A DNA stretch of 64,000 bases, taken from NCBI GenBank assembly GCA_965207735.1, contig OZ242296.1, positions 1,664,001 to 1,728,000 on the forward strand, given 5' to 3'. Both the position numbers and the translations under genes were made by a program. The stretch's first letter is position 1. Each line of letters opens with the position of its first letter. The notes beneath the pieces were generated by a model. It saw only the letters and a list, made by a program, of their open reading frames with translations. It did not search any database and was not told where the DNA came from. The stretch comes from Candidatus Versatilivorator sp. (GTDB lineage Bacteria; Acidobacteriota; Terriglobia; Versatilivoradales; Versatilivoraceae). Positions 26,572-36,756 of this stretch are shown here, in pieces.

Positions 26572-28260
26572 CTACGTCGTCCAGACCCGGTAGGGCCCGG
26601 TGTCCGGGTCCTGGCCGCGGGCGAAGTTCTTGCCGTCCAGGTATTTTACCTCCATCTCCACGTCCTTCAGGGCCAGATCGGGGATGATGTCGCCGTCGCG
26701 GTGCAGGAGCGTCACTTCCACCTTGTTTTTCCCCTGCATGGGCCAGTGGTCTCTGGGAAGCCGGTAGATGAACCAGTAGCCGAACACCCGGTAACGGGGA
26801 GCTCTCATCCGGTAGACCCGATTGATTTTTCTCAGGCTCGATTTGGGCAGCTTCTTGCCGTTGAAGCGGAATTCCAGTCGGTCGGTTTCGGTGGCTCCGG
26901 ACAGCCGGAATCGGAGCATGACCTCGTGGACCCGGCCCATCTTGTCCCAGCGGGGCAGGTCGTCCGAGACCGCCAGCTGGGTCTTTACGGGCTGGTTCAC
27001 TTTCAGCGGTCTGGGCAGGGGCATCTCCGGACCGGTGGCTCCTTGCTTGGTGGGCACATAGTAAAACTTATCCTTGGCGGTCATGATATCGGGGTGGCTC
27101 ATCTCCCGCAACTGTGCATAGAACTCAGCGCGGTAGGGATAGGCCGTGAACCACTGGGATAGATAGAGTCCATCGATGCCCTGGGCCCAATAGTTGCAGG
27201 CCACGGCTCGAATGAACTCGATAGTGCCGTTGTCCAGCCTGTCGGAGTGAACTTCGGGCTGGATGACGGCATGCACCCGGCAATCCCTGTTCTGGGCCGC
27301 TTCCACCATGGGACGAAAATCGGCCAGTTGATCCATCCTGTAGGAATAGCTCTCTCCAATCACAACTTCCACGATCCCCCGATCGATCCACTCCCGCACG
27401 TCCAGGCCCCGGGAGTTGGCCTCCTCCAGGCTGACCGGCACCCGAACCGCCAGCTCGCGGTTGGATCCGCTGGCCTTGAGGGCGTCATGAATCCGCTTGA
27501 CCCAGGCGGTCATGAGGTCTCGACCAGCATCTACCTCCTTGGGATGGAGGTAGTGGTAGTGACCGAAAAGCAACTCAAAGCCGTCCACCGGGTAGTTCTG
27601 CAGCACTTCCTGGATGAGAGCGAAGCGCTCGTCCCGAACTTCCTGGTGCTTGAAGTCCAACTTCCGCAACCCCGGAAAACTCTCATCCAGATCGCCCCTG
27701 GCTCCGATCTCCAAGTGCTGGTTTTCCCAGGTGAAATTAGCCGACCGAACGTCCCCCCGGCGGTCTTTCCCTCTCCCCCGATTGAGAAATAGGGAAGGAA
27801 AGATGGCCAGTCCCTTGGCCCGGGCCCGCTCGCACACGATACGCAGGGGATCCCCTCCGGAATCCAACATCATGCGGGCGTTCTGGTGGGCCCGGCGAAA
27901 GACCATGTGGGTCCACTCCTTCACCGGATCCCCCCAAAGCTCGCCGACCTTGGTATCGTGCAACACCGTCCGGCCATCTCCCAAACCGAACATCAAGGCA
28001 TCCACCGGAGTGCCCACCAAGTCGTCCACCGAGGCTTCGAACTCTTCCTTCAGCATGGGGGGCTCGTACATGTAGATGGACGAATGGCGGCTGTCGTCAT
28101 AGTACATGAGCCGCGGTTTCCTACCCGAACCGTGACCTCCGGGACCGGAAGCCGATGGCGCCAGGCTGGCGGCCCCGGCGGATACGGCGGCCACACTGAG
28201 TGGGGCATTGGAGACCAGGCCTGCGGTGAGTGCCGTCCTCACGAATTCGCGTCGCTTCAT
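26572..28260 (-). CDS. Tat-exported GHL10-like TIM-barrel protein (paralog)
   Basis: MKRREFVR; collinear with 12359..14056 (YMYEPPM.KE.FEA.VD, FRRAHQNA, YPVDGFEL). Confidence 0.82.
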   Translation of the reverse strand: MKRREFVRTALTAGLVSNAPLSVAAVSAGAASLAPSASGPGGHGSGRKPRLMYYDDSRHSSIYMYEPPMLKEEFEASVDDLVGTPVDALMFGLGDGRTVLHDTKVGELWGDPVKEWTHMVFRRAHQNARMMLDSGGDPLRIVCERARAKGLAIFPSLFLNRGRGKDRRGDVRSANFTWENQHLEIGARGDLDESFPGLRKLDFKHQEVRDERFALIQEVLQNYPVDGFELLFGHYHYLHPKEVDAGRDLMTAWVKRIHDALKASGSNRELAVRVPVSLEEANSRGLDVREWIDRGIVEVVIGESYSYRMDQLADFRPMVEAAQNRDCRVHAVIQPEVHSDRLDNGTIEFIRAVACNYWAQGIDGLYLSQWFTAYPYRAEFYAQLREMSHPDIMTAKDKFYYVPTKQGATGPEMPLPRPLKVNQPVKTQLAVSDDLPRWDKMGRVHEVMLRFRLSGATETDRLEFRFNGKKLPKSSLRKINRVYRMRAPRYRVFGYWFIYRLPRDHWPMQGKNKVEVTLLHRDGDIIPDLALKDVEMEVKYLDGKNFARGQDPDTGPYRVWTT

Positions 28261-28338
28261 TATTCAAGACTCCTTTCCAAAGATTGTCGAACTTTTCCGA
28301 ACCAGGTCAGGGACCACCCCGTTCCCGGCTCCTTCAGG

Positions 28339-30039
28339 CTAGGACATATGCACCACGTAGGAACCAGCGTCGGGATCCTGGCCGCCCTGGCCGCGGGCAA
28401 AGTTCTTTCCTCCCAGATACTTGATTTCCATTTCCACGTCCCTCAGGATCAGTTCGGGAACGATGTCGGCATCGCGCCGCAACAAAGTTGCCTCCACCTG
28501 GTTCGAGCCTCTCTCGGGCCAGTGTTCCCGGGGAAGACGCCACACGAACCAGTAGCTGTGCACCCGGAAGCGCGGGGCTCGCAAACTGTAGTACCGATTA
28601 ATCTTTCTCAAGCCGGAATCGGGCAGCTCCTTTCCGTTGAAGCGAAACCTCACTTGATCGGTCTCGGTGGAACTAATGAACCTCAAGCGGAGCAGCACCT
28701 CATGCACCCGTCCTGCCTTGTCCCAACGATCCAGATCGTCTGCGATCGGCAACGGCACCTGGACCGGCTGATTCATCTTCAGGGTGCGGGGCAGCGCCGG
28801 TTTCGGCTCGGAAGGATTGGGTTTGAAAACACTTTGGGTCGAGACGTAATAGTACTTGTCCCGGGGCGCCATCACGTCCGGATCGGCCACTTCCCGAAGC
28901 CGTTCATAGAAGCTGGGCTCGTAGGGCCAGGCGGCAAACCACTGAGCCAGGTAGATCCCGTCCACGCCTTGCTCCCAGCAGTTGCAGGCGACGGCCCGGG
29001 TGATCTCGATGGGGCCGTCCTTCAGCCGGTCGGAGTAGACTCCCAGGCCGATGGCTCCGTGAATGCGGCAGCTCGAGCCCTTGGCCGCCTGCACCAGGGG
29101 ACGGAAATCGGCCTGCTGATCCATGGCATGCTGATAGGTCTCGCCGATCAGGACGTCCACGATGCCCTGCCGGATCCACTCGCGCACGTCCAGGCCCAGG
29201 GCATGGGAAGTCTCGATGCTGGCCGGGACCCGGATGGCCAGCTCTCTTCCCTCCCCGCTGGCTTTGACGGCATCGTAGACCCGCTTGATCCAGGCCGTCA
29301 TCAGGGAGCGCCCCTGTTCCACCTCCCCGGGATGGAAGAAGAGCACCGCGGGGCTCTTGTAGTTCAACTGCAGCTCGAAGCCGTCCACCGGGTAGTTCCG
29401 CAGCACCTCGTCGATCACCGCAAAGCGTTCGTCGCGGACCTCCTGGTGCTTGAAATCGAGGTTGGTGCTTCCTGCCAGATCCTTCAAATCGCCCTTGGCC
29501 CCGATCTCCAGGTGCAGGTTCTCCCAGCGGAAGTTGGAACTGCGGACGTCCTCGTCCCGAGTTCCCCGCCGGCCCTGGTTCACCAGCAGGGTGGGATAGA
29601 TGGCCACTCCCTTGGCCTGCGCCCGCTCACAGATGATGCGGAGGGGGTCCCGGCCCGAGTCCAGCATCATGCGGGCATTCTGGTGGGCCCGCCGGAAGAT
29701 CAGGTGGGGCCATTTCTTCACCCGGTCCCCCAGCACCTCGCTGACCTTGGTGTCGTGGAACATGGTTCGCCCGTCGGCCAGCCCGTACATCAGGGCATCC
29801 ACGGGAGTTCCCACGATCTCGTCCACCGCCGCCTCGAACTCCTCCTTCTCCATGGGCGGCTCGTACATGTAGAGGGCCGGATGACGGCTGTCGTGGTAGA
29901 ACATGACCCGCGACCTTTTTTTGGCCCCGTGCTGTTTGGGCCCGGCAGCGGGCGGCGTCAGGCCCAGCGCCCGCGAGGGCGCCCCACCCGAGGCCAGCCC
30001 TGCCGCCAGGGCGGTGGTTACGAATTCACGTCGTTTCAT
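28339..30039 (-). CDS. Tat-exported GHL10-like TIM-barrel protein (paralog)
   Basis: ATG 30039 (MKRREFVTT) after AGGAG; same motifs as the neighbouring gene. Confidence 0.82.
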   Translation of the reverse strand: MKRREFVTTALAAGLASGGAPSRALGLTPPAAGPKQHGAKKRSRVMFYHDSRHPALYMYEPPMEKEEFEAAVDEIVGTPVDALMYGLADGRTMFHDTKVSEVLGDRVKKWPHLIFRRAHQNARMMLDSGRDPLRIICERAQAKGVAIYPTLLVNQGRRGTRDEDVRSSNFRWENLHLEIGAKGDLKDLAGSTNLDFKHQEVRDERFAVIDEVLRNYPVDGFELQLNYKSPAVLFFHPGEVEQGRSLMTAWIKRVYDAVKASGEGRELAIRVPASIETSHALGLDVREWIRQGIVDVLIGETYQHAMDQQADFRPLVQAAKGSSCRIHGAIGLGVYSDRLKDGPIEITRAVACNCWEQGVDGIYLAQWFAAWPYEPSFYERLREVADPDVMAPRDKYYYVSTQSVFKPNPSEPKPALPRTLKMNQPVQVPLPIADDLDRWDKAGRVHEVLLRLRFISSTETDQVRFRFNGKELPDSGLRKINRYYSLRAPRFRVHSYWFVWRLPREHWPERGSNQVEATLLRRDADIVPELILRDVEMEIKYLGGKNFARGQGGQDPDAGSYVVHMS

Positions 30040-30128
30040 TCCCCTGCTCCTTTCCCAAATGGATTCATCTCTTACCCCGCATCGGCCGCAACCGGGGCGC
30101 GATTGAGCCTGTCGGCCCACATCGACGT

Positions 30129-31151
30129 CTACGCCTCGATCGCCGCCATCATGGCATCGAAGGTCTTGCGGTCCAAACCGCGAGTGTGAAAATAATTCCG
30201 AGGGTGGCCGACCAGGTCGGCGAAGACCGCCAGTTGGTTCAGCGTCTCCTGCACCTCCTGGTGGGTGCATCCGATCTCGGCCGGACGAAAACGGGTGCGG
30301 CACGCCTCCAGCATTGCCTTGGTCCGATCGAACCCCCAGCCATAGAGATAGGCGTTGATCAACGAGCCCAGGGCTACCGCTTCCCCGTGCAGCAGTTCCC
30401 GGCCGTGGACCCACTCGAAGGTGATGCAGAAGGAGTGGTCCAGACTGTGACCCACCTTGAGCGAGTGCAGCTTCAGGTCGTATCGCTCCCGGTTGACCTC
30501 GGCCGCGACTCTGATGCCGGCTTCCCCGGGCTGGCCGCCTTCATCCAGACTCTGACAATATACCTGCACCCGGCTGTCAACCCAGTCCAGAAGCTCATCG
30601 GCCACCTCCTGGTCCCAGGCCGGAGCCTCCAGATTCTGGTCCAGCCACCACTTCCAGGCCCCGATCTGGGAAAGATAGCAGATGCACTCGGCCATGCCGG
30701 AACAATTCAAGTGGGCGGGAGCCTGGCGGATGACACCGTAGTCGAACAGCAGATACTCGGGGGCGATCGTCTCCATGAGCCACTCGAACCGTTCCCGACG
30801 CCTCAGCGCCAACGGCGACTGAAAGACGGCTCCGGTGGAGACGATGGTGGGAATCATGACCAGCGGCCATCCCTTTTTCCAGGCCAGGTATTTGCCCACA
30901 TCCAGCGCATTGCCGCCCCCGATCGCCAGCATCCGTTGCGCCTCGGGAAGCGCTGCCAGCATCTCATCCAGGATGGCTTCGCGCATGCCTCGCTGAAGCA
31001 CCACTTGCCGGGGGCGATGGACCAGCAGAGGCTCCACCAAGGCCATGGCCCTGGGGGAAGAAACCACCACCGCATCCTGAAACCGCGGAGCATGCCGGGA
31101 AATCAGATCCCACCCGTAGCGGGCATCCCATTGGCGGCTGTCCAGAACCAC
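30129..31151 (-). CDS. Dehydroquinate-synthase-like / glycerol(-1-phosphate) dehydrogenase-like NAD-dependent dehydrogenase
   Basis: AIGGGNALDVGKY, MIPTIVST, GHSLDH, LLHGEAVALG. Confidence 0.8.
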   Translation of the reverse strand: MVLDSRQWDARYGWDLISRHAPRFQDAVVVSSPRAMALVEPLLVHRPRQVVLQRGMREAILDEMLAALPEAQRMLAIGGGNALDVGKYLAWKKGWPLVMIPTIVSTGAVFQSPLALRRRERFEWLMETIAPEYLLFDYGVIRQAPAHLNCSGMAECICYLSQIGAWKWWLDQNLEAPAWDQEVADELLDWVDSRVQVYCQSLDEGGQPGEAGIRVAAEVNRERYDLKLHSLKVGHSLDHSFCITFEWVHGRELLHGEAVALGSLINAYLYGWGFDRTKAMLEACRTRFRPAEIGCTHQEVQETLNQLAVFADLVGHPRNYFHTRGLDRKTFDAMMAAIEA

Positions 31152-31250
31152 GCCGTCAACTCCTCTCTAGCCTCTCTTCCCTTGAAACCGCGCTTGGCCT
31201 ATGATGGACGCTCCAGCCGATCCGCGGCCGTTGCCCGGGAAGGAACAGAC

Positions 31251-32408
31251 ATGAAGATAACCGACATCAAGACCTTTTTCGTGGGGGTTCAGGGCAAAAA
31301 TCTGCTGATCGTCAAAGTCGAGACCGACCGGGGCATCCACGGCATCGGGCAGGGGGGCACCACCACCCGTGAGCAGGCCATGACCGGGGCCATCGAGCAC
31401 ATGCGCCACTTTCTGATCGGCCAGGACCCCCGCCGCATCGAGGACATCAACCAGGAGCTGTACCGGGGACAGTATTACGAAGGCGGAACCATCATTACCG
31501 CCGTCACCTCCGCCGTCGACATCGCCCTTTGGGACATCCTGGGAAAGCACCTGAACACACCCGTCTGGCAATTGCTGGGGGGAGCCACCCGCCAGCAGGT
31601 CACCTGCTACATCGACGGCCCGGCCGGGGCCGGCGACAGCTACGCCGATCAGGCCGAGGACCTGGTCGGCAAGGGCTGGAGGACCATCCGCTTCGCCCCC
31701 GAGACCGGAGACCCCGACTTCCGCCAGGACCGGGACAGTATCTTCGAACCCTGGGAGTCCATCGACTGGACGGCCGACCAGATCCGGCAGGCCCGCAAGC
31801 GTGTGGGGCCCAAGATCCGACTGGCCATCGACTACCACCACCGCCTCAACGTGGCCGAGGCGGCCGCCTTCTGCCAGCGCATCCGGGACGTGGATCTCAT
31901 GTTCCTGGAAGAGCCCATCCGGTCCGAGAGCCCGGATGCCTACGCCGCTCTCAGGGCCATGACGCCGATGCCCTTCGCCATCGGCGAGGAGTTTTCGGGG
32001 ATCTACCCCTTTGCTCCCTTCATCGAACGCGGGCTGGCCAACTACGTTCGCCTGGACGTCTGCAACGTGGGTGGTTTCACGGCCAGCCGCAAGGTAGCTG
32101 CCATGGCCGAGGCCCACTATCTCGACATCGTTCCCCACACGCCTCAGGGGTCGATCTGCCTGGCCGCGTCGGTGCATTTGTGCGCGGCCGTCCACAACTT
32201 CGCCATTCTGGAATACAACTGGCAGATGCCCCACCTTCCCCAGGACCTCTTCCCCCGGCAGCTTCAACTGCGGGGAGACGGCTTCCCGCTGCCACAGGGT
32301 CCCGGGCTGGGCATCGAGTTCGACGAAGAGGCCGCCCGCCGCTATCCCCCGCTGCCCTGGGAAGCTCCTCACTTCCGGCGCCGCGACGGCGCTTTCACCA
32401 ACTACTGA
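31251..32408 (+). CDS. Mandelate racemase/muconate lactonizing enzyme family (galactonate dehydratase-like)
   Basis: MKITDIKTF; SAVDIALWDILGK; AIDYHHR, FLEEPI, AIGEE metal ligands; PQGPGLGIEFDE. Confidence 0.9.
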   Translation: MKITDIKTFFVGVQGKNLLIVKVETDRGIHGIGQGGTTTREQAMTGAIEHMRHFLIGQDPRRIEDINQELYRGQYYEGGTIITAVTSAVDIALWDILGKHLNTPVWQLLGGATRQQVTCYIDGPAGAGDSYADQAEDLVGKGWRTIRFAPETGDPDFRQDRDSIFEPWESIDWTADQIRQARKRVGPKIRLAIDYHHRLNVAEAAAFCQRIRDVDLMFLEEPIRSESPDAYAALRAMTPMPFAIGEEFSGIYPFAPFIERGLANYVRLDVCNVGGFTASRKVAAMAEAHYLDIVPHTPQGSICLAASVHLCAAVHNFAILEYNWQMPHLPQDLFPRQLQLRGDGFPLPQGPGLGIEFDEEAARRYPPLPWEAPHFRRRDGAFTNY

Positions 32409-32483
32409 GGCCGGCACTGCAAAGTCGGCTCTCCCGGCGCCCTTCGTCCCCGGTCCCGCTGCTGTGCCGCGGAGGCATTCCGG

Positions 32484-33803
32484 CTATCTGGCCGACGCTT
32501 TGTCGTCCTTGACCGGTTTCCAGCGGATGGCGTAGAGGTCGGTCTTGTCCCGGACCGCATCCCAGGAGCGACCCACCGAAGAGGCGGCGATGGTCAGAAT
32601 GGTGTCGTCCTCCAGCACCAGGCTGGCGCTGTAGCTGCCGGTGAAGTTGGTGGAGTCCAGGTAGTAGACTTCATCCTCCCAGGTTCGGCCTTCATCCCGG
32701 CTGACCATAGCGCGGCTTCCCGGTGGCCCCGGACCGTAACGGGTATCGTGGACGACCACCGCGGTGCCGTCGCTCTGCACCGCCGGATAGCCGAAGGTTT
32801 GCCCGTAGACCGTGGTCAGCATGCGTGGCCGGGTCCAGGTGGCGCCGTCGTCGCCGGAGTTCACCAGGAAGACGTTCTTGAATCCGACGTTCTCCGGGGT
32901 GCTGGGGTAGGCTCCCATGTGCTCGACGATCGTCGCCGAGTCCTGGGGATGCTTGTCCCGCTGGTATCGCATGGTGGCCAGGATCTCTCCCGAGGGGAGC
33001 CGGGTTGCCGACCCCTCCGAACCCCAATCCCACATCAAGGTCGGCCCCTGCCAGGTGCGCCCCTTGTCCCGGGACCGAAACAGGAACAGACCGTGCTGCC
33101 TGGGCAGCCCGGTCTCGGGGTCGGCGTCACTTCGAACGTCGATGGTCCACAGCAGGGTATCGTCCTGCAGCCGGTCCAGCCCCCGATGGCAGTAGCGTTC
33201 ATCGTAGGGAGAGCCCGTGCCGGGCATCTTCAGGTCCAGGTCGATCCGGGCCGTCCTGTTCCAGGATAGGCCCTCGTCCTGGGAGGTCCACACCTCCGCC
33301 GGCGCCCGCTCGTCCTTTCCGGTGACCACCGCCACGCAGATGAAGGAACCGTCGCTCAAGACCTTCCAGCGGCCGGTCTGGTGGATCTCAAACCCGGCAG
33401 GGGCATTCACCTCCTGCTCCGACCAGGTAAGCCCGCCGTCGGAAGAGCTGGACAGCTTGTTGGCCTGGCGGACGTAGACGGTGCCGTCCGGCCCCTGGTC
33501 GACCGAGGTGCCGCCCTGGGGAGTCATGGGCTGGGCATGCGGCAGCAGAACCTTCTTGACCGGAACCCGGGTGAGCTTTCCCGCCCTTGCATGCAGAACG
33601 TAGTCCGACCGGTGCATGTTCTCCAAGGCTTGCTTGGAGGGCGGCGGCACCCCTCCCAGCTCGCGGGTCATCACCGTCGGATCGGTGATCACCTCCATGA
33701 GGGGCGGCTGCGCGTCCGACCCGGAGGGTCCGGGCGAGGAACAGGAAACCGCCATCCAACCCAGCCCTGCTAATCCGGCAAGTGTTCGGCAACTGATCTT
33801 CAC
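32484..33803 (-). CDS. Sialidase-like BNR/Asp-box lipoprotein
   Basis: Lipobox-like AVSC; five Asp-boxes (SSDGGLTW, SQDEGLSW, SRDKGRTW, SGDDGATW, SRDEGRTW). Confidence 0.82.
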   Translation of the reverse strand: MKISCRTLAGLAGLGWMAVSCSSPGPSGSDAQPPLMEVITDPTVMTRELGGVPPPSKQALENMHRSDYVLHARAGKLTRVPVKKVLLPHAQPMTPQGGTSVDQGPDGTVYVRQANKLSSSSDGGLTWSEQEVNAPAGFEIHQTGRWKVLSDGSFICVAVVTGKDERAPAEVWTSQDEGLSWNRTARIDLDLKMPGTGSPYDERYCHRGLDRLQDDTLLWTIDVRSDADPETGLPRQHGLFLFRSRDKGRTWQGPTLMWDWGSEGSATRLPSGEILATMRYQRDKHPQDSATIVEHMGAYPSTPENVGFKNVFLVNSGDDGATWTRPRMLTTVYGQTFGYPAVQSDGTAVVVHDTRYGPGPPGSRAMVSRDEGRTWEDEVYYLDSTNFTGSYSASLVLEDDTILTIAASSVGRSWDAVRDKTDLYAIRWKPVKDDKASAR

Positions 33804-33860
33804 CCCAATCCTCCTTCCGGGCTAAACGTTCCCGGCGGGCACTTCACCTGCGGGCGCCAG

Positions 33861-34607
33861 TCAGCGCCGTTCCGCCAGATCGTCCCCGACCGGAACAGCC
33901 CGGTAACGGTGTTCGATGGTTCGACCCAGCACAGGGTCGTGCAACCGGGCCAGAAAGGCGTCGCCGACGCCGTGGCCTGTTGCTTCGGGAAGCGAATGGT
34001 CGCGGATGGCCTGGGCCATCGAATCCAGAAAAGACACCGATCCGCAATAGAGAATGGAGGGCAGGACCAGCGACTGCACATCCTCCATGGCCAGCAGATA
34101 TTCCAGGTCCACCAGCGCCGAGGCCGGGCTGTCCTGAAGAGGAACCACCTGTCCTCCCACCGTCACATCGCTGGAGATTCGAAGCTGATCCCAATGGCCG
34201 CGCACCTCGCTGTAGGGCCAGGCGGTTTGGGCAATCGGATGGGGACACATCTGCTTGGGCTTGTCCTGAAACAGCGGGTCCAGCTCGCGGTCGCACTGGT
34301 CGCTCCCGGTCGTGATGAGAATCTCGTTCCCATCCTGAATGGCCACGATTTCGGCCTCGCCGCCGGTCAGCGGACCCTGGACCTCGAACTCCGATGCCTG
34401 GGTCAGCAGATAGCGTCCAATGTGAAAGATGGCCGGATTGGTCTTGGTGCCGGACTCGCCTCGAGCCAGCGCGGCGTCGAGTTCCTTGCGCATGCCGGCC
34501 ACGTCCCGGGACGAGAATCGGGCGCCGGCCACCGACCCGATGGGGATGATTTTCCTCTCGGTCCTGTCCTTGCGCTGCACCAGAATTTCCACGGGTTCAA
34601 TTCGCAT
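33861..34607 (-). CDS. DUF2848-family protein (FAH-like fold)
   Basis: TGGEAE, GSDQCDRELD, KPKQMCPHPIA, VRGHWDQL, LHDPVLGRTIEHRY. Confidence 0.75.
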   Translation of the reverse strand: MRIEPVEILVQRKDRTERKIIPIGSVAGARFSSRDVAGMRKELDAALARGESGTKTNPAIFHIGRYLLTQASEFEVQGPLTGGEAEIVAIQDGNEILITTGSDQCDRELDPLFQDKPKQMCPHPIAQTAWPYSEVRGHWDQLRISSDVTVGGQVVPLQDSPASALVDLEYLLAMEDVQSLVLPSILYCGSVSFLDSMAQAIRDHSLPEATGHGVGDAFLARLHDPVLGRTIEHRYRAVPVGDDLAERR

Positions 34608-34624
34608 GAGCCACTCCCTGTTGC

Positions 34625-34694
34625 CGGTTGAACATTGTGCGGGGATTTAAACACACTTGCCATCGGACAACAAACGGATTGTTCGGGACAGCGC
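34625..34694. repeat. Direct repeat, left copy
   Basis: 27-bp core CATTGTGCGGGGATTTAAACACACTTG (34633-34659) is identical to 37075-37101; similarity extends to about 70 bp. Confidence 0.9.
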
Positions 34695-34848
34695 CGGACC
34701 CCGTCTCCAGTTTTTCGCAAGACAAATTGCCCCATGCTTCGACAGCAATAGCCCGTGAGGGTTCGAACCTGAAAGAAGTTGCCGGAGAAGCCAACAGAAA
34801 GGCCTCCAAGGCATTCAGCCAATCCAAAGTGCAAGTTTTTATTTACAT

Positions 34849-36335
34849 GAGCCTTTTGCAAAATTCGGAATCGGGCATGACATTGGGCTGGCAACAGTGA
34901 TGTTCCGGCGGTGACTACCCAGCTGCAAAGACCCTTTTGAAGGAAAAAGCCCGAATCTGATGGCCGGATGGCCAGCGGTCGCCGGACGCAGGCACAGCTT
35001 ACCCTCTCCCGGCCTTGAGGCGGGCGAACCTGCTGTGCGGTTGGGGGTGGCAACCCGGTCTTCAGAGCGTCAGGCGCATCAACTGATCCACCGTCAGGGC
35101 CAGAATGCCGAACATCAGGTGGCACCTCACCTTGTCGGGGCCGCGAACCCTCACCTGCCTCCCGCCAAACTCCTCCTTGAGCCGTCCGTTGACCCGCTCC
35201 ACCGTCGAGCGTTCCCGGTAGCGCCGCGCCTCGGGAGTCACTTGGCCGATACAGCGCCGGGCCAGTGCCTCCCGCTTCCGCTCGGCTTTCAAGGTAGCTC
35301 TTCGGCGGGGGTTGACGTCAATAATCGGCACATGCCCCAGCTTCTCACTGAAGGCCCGGATCTCCGGCGCATCGTAGGCGCTGTCCATCAAGTCGTAGAG
35401 ACTCTCGACCCGCCTTGCCGTCAGCGTCGCCAGCGGAATGGCTGCCTGAGAGTCATGCACCGAGGCCGAGGTCAGCAGACAACTGACCGGAATCCCGCCG
35501 TCAATGGCGTCGAGGTGTAGCTTGTAGCCGGTCCAGCTCTCCTGATGCCCCTTGGCGTTGCGCTTGACGCCGATGTCGCAGGCCTTGGGCAACTCCTTCA
35601 ACATTTCCTCCAGCGTCATCGACCCCTGCCGCTCCAGCCGGCTCAACCGCTTGGGCCGTCGCTCGCCCTTCGGCGGCCGGCCCCGCCGGCGTTTCCGCTT
35701 GGCCTCCGGCGCAGCCTTGGCCGCTGGCTTTTCCCGTCCCGCAATCGCCGTCGAGTCCCTCGACACATGCCCCGCCAAGTGGCCCTTCAGCGTCTCCTCC
35801 AGCAATGCCTCGTGCAAACGCCCCGGCAGGTCGCTCTCAGCGAATTCCGCAAAGGCCCGCGAGAAGGTCGACTCGCTCGGTACCTCCCACGCCCTCTCCC
35901 AGCCGCACAGCCGCCGCAGCCTCCCCTCACTCCTCAGCCGCTCCACCAATCCCCGCGTGGTCGCCACCTCCAGCATCGACTTCGCCAGATAGGCTCGCGC
36001 CAGCACTGCCCGATCCTCCAGCGGCCGGCCACGCCAGCCCCGACTGTAAGGCAGCAACTCCTCCACCCGCACCAACTCCAATACCTGCACCAGCCGCTGG
36101 TAACGCTCTCCCAGAGGCCCCAAAACTTCCTCCAGCAGGGGAAACAGCTCTCGTTGAAACCGGAACCAGTGTCGTGATAGGGTTTCCCTAAGGGGCAAGT
36201 TCCACCTCCGTTCATCATGTGGTTCAGACACCTTCATGATACAACAGACAGTGGTCTTGCCCCTCCTTCCACCTGCCCTCCTTGATCTTTCCCCACGTGA
36301 AAATTCCCGCTATCTGCGAATTTTGCAAAAGGCTC
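34849..36335 (-). mobile_element. 1487-bp insertion sequence, copy 2
   Basis: Same 19-bp IRs as copy 1; 4-bp target duplication ACAT; offset exactly 13120 bp from copy 1. Confidence 0.95.
35062..36237 (-). CDS. DDE transposase (protein identical to copy 1)
   Basis: 391-aa translation is identical to 21942..23117. Confidence 0.95.
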   Translation of the reverse strand: MKVSEPHDERRWNLPLRETLSRHWFRFQRELFPLLEEVLGPLGERYQRLVQVLELVRVEELLPYSRGWRGRPLEDRAVLARAYLAKSMLEVATTRGLVERLRSEGRLRRLCGWERAWEVPSESTFSRAFAEFAESDLPGRLHEALLEETLKGHLAGHVSRDSTAIAGREKPAAKAAPEAKRKRRRGRPPKGERRPKRLSRLERQGSMTLEEMLKELPKACDIGVKRNAKGHQESWTGYKLHLDAIDGGIPVSCLLTSASVHDSQAAIPLATLTARRVESLYDLMDSAYDAPEIRAFSEKLGHVPIIDVNPRRRATLKAERKREALARRCIGQVTPEARRYRERSTVERVNGRLKEEFGGRQVRVRGPDKVRCHLMFGILALTVDQLMRLTL

Positions 36336-36357
36336 ACATGTATATCGAAACTCGGGT

Positions 36358-36756
36358 TTCTTCGACGTGGGGTTGGTGAACGAACTCGCCCATCGCGGCA
36401 CCCTGAAGCCCGGTTCGTTTGAATATGGTGCAGCCTTCGAGCACTTCATATTCATGGAGCTGCGCGCGTACTCGGGTTACAACGGTGGGCGTCCCTCCAT
36501 CGCCTACTGGCACACCTCCTCCGGCCTCGAAGTCGATTTCGTCCTGGGGGACGCGACCCTGGCCGTTGAGGTCAAATCGACTGAAAACCCCACCCGCGAC
36601 CACATGAAAGGACTGCGGGCCTGGAAGACCGAGCACAAGGACAGCCGCTGCCTCCTCGTCTGCCGTGCGCCCCGCCCAAGAAAGACCGAAGACGAGATCG
36701 AAATCATGCCTTGGCGATCATTCTTGAATCAGCTTTGGACTGGCGAGTTGTGCTGA
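36358..36756 (+). pseudogene. C-terminal DUF4143 part of an AAA_14 ATP-binding protein; ATPase domain missing
   Basis: FFDVGLVNEL...GAAFEHFIFMELRA...YWHTSSGLEVDFVL...AVEVKS. No P-loop upstream, even after removing the IS. Confidence 0.75.

Noticed and set aside
27886-30189. 767-aa plus-strand ORF (also 40459..42444, 15003..16421, 12257..13588, 47546..48886 and similar)
   Set aside because: These are antisense shadows of well-supported genes, expected with high-GC codon bias, and have no recognisable motifs.
30186-31250. N-terminal extension making a 740-aa enolase-family fusion
   Set aside because: The extension is antisense to the dehydrogenase at 30129..31151. The real start is MKITDIK at 31251, with an RBS.
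34633-34659. dif/Xer site as the identity of the direct-repeat core
   Set aside because: Only a short GTGCG resemblance; no TTATGTTAAAT-like XerD arm or 11-6-11 layout.
34755-34775. tRNA-like GGTTCGAACC motif (also GGTTCGACCC near 11832)
   Set aside because: No acceptor, D or anticodon stems can be built around either motif.
21729-36335. Composite transposon formed by the two IS copies
   Set aside because: Each copy has its own TSD (AAAA vs ACAT) and the outer flanks do not match, so the block did not arrive as a unit.
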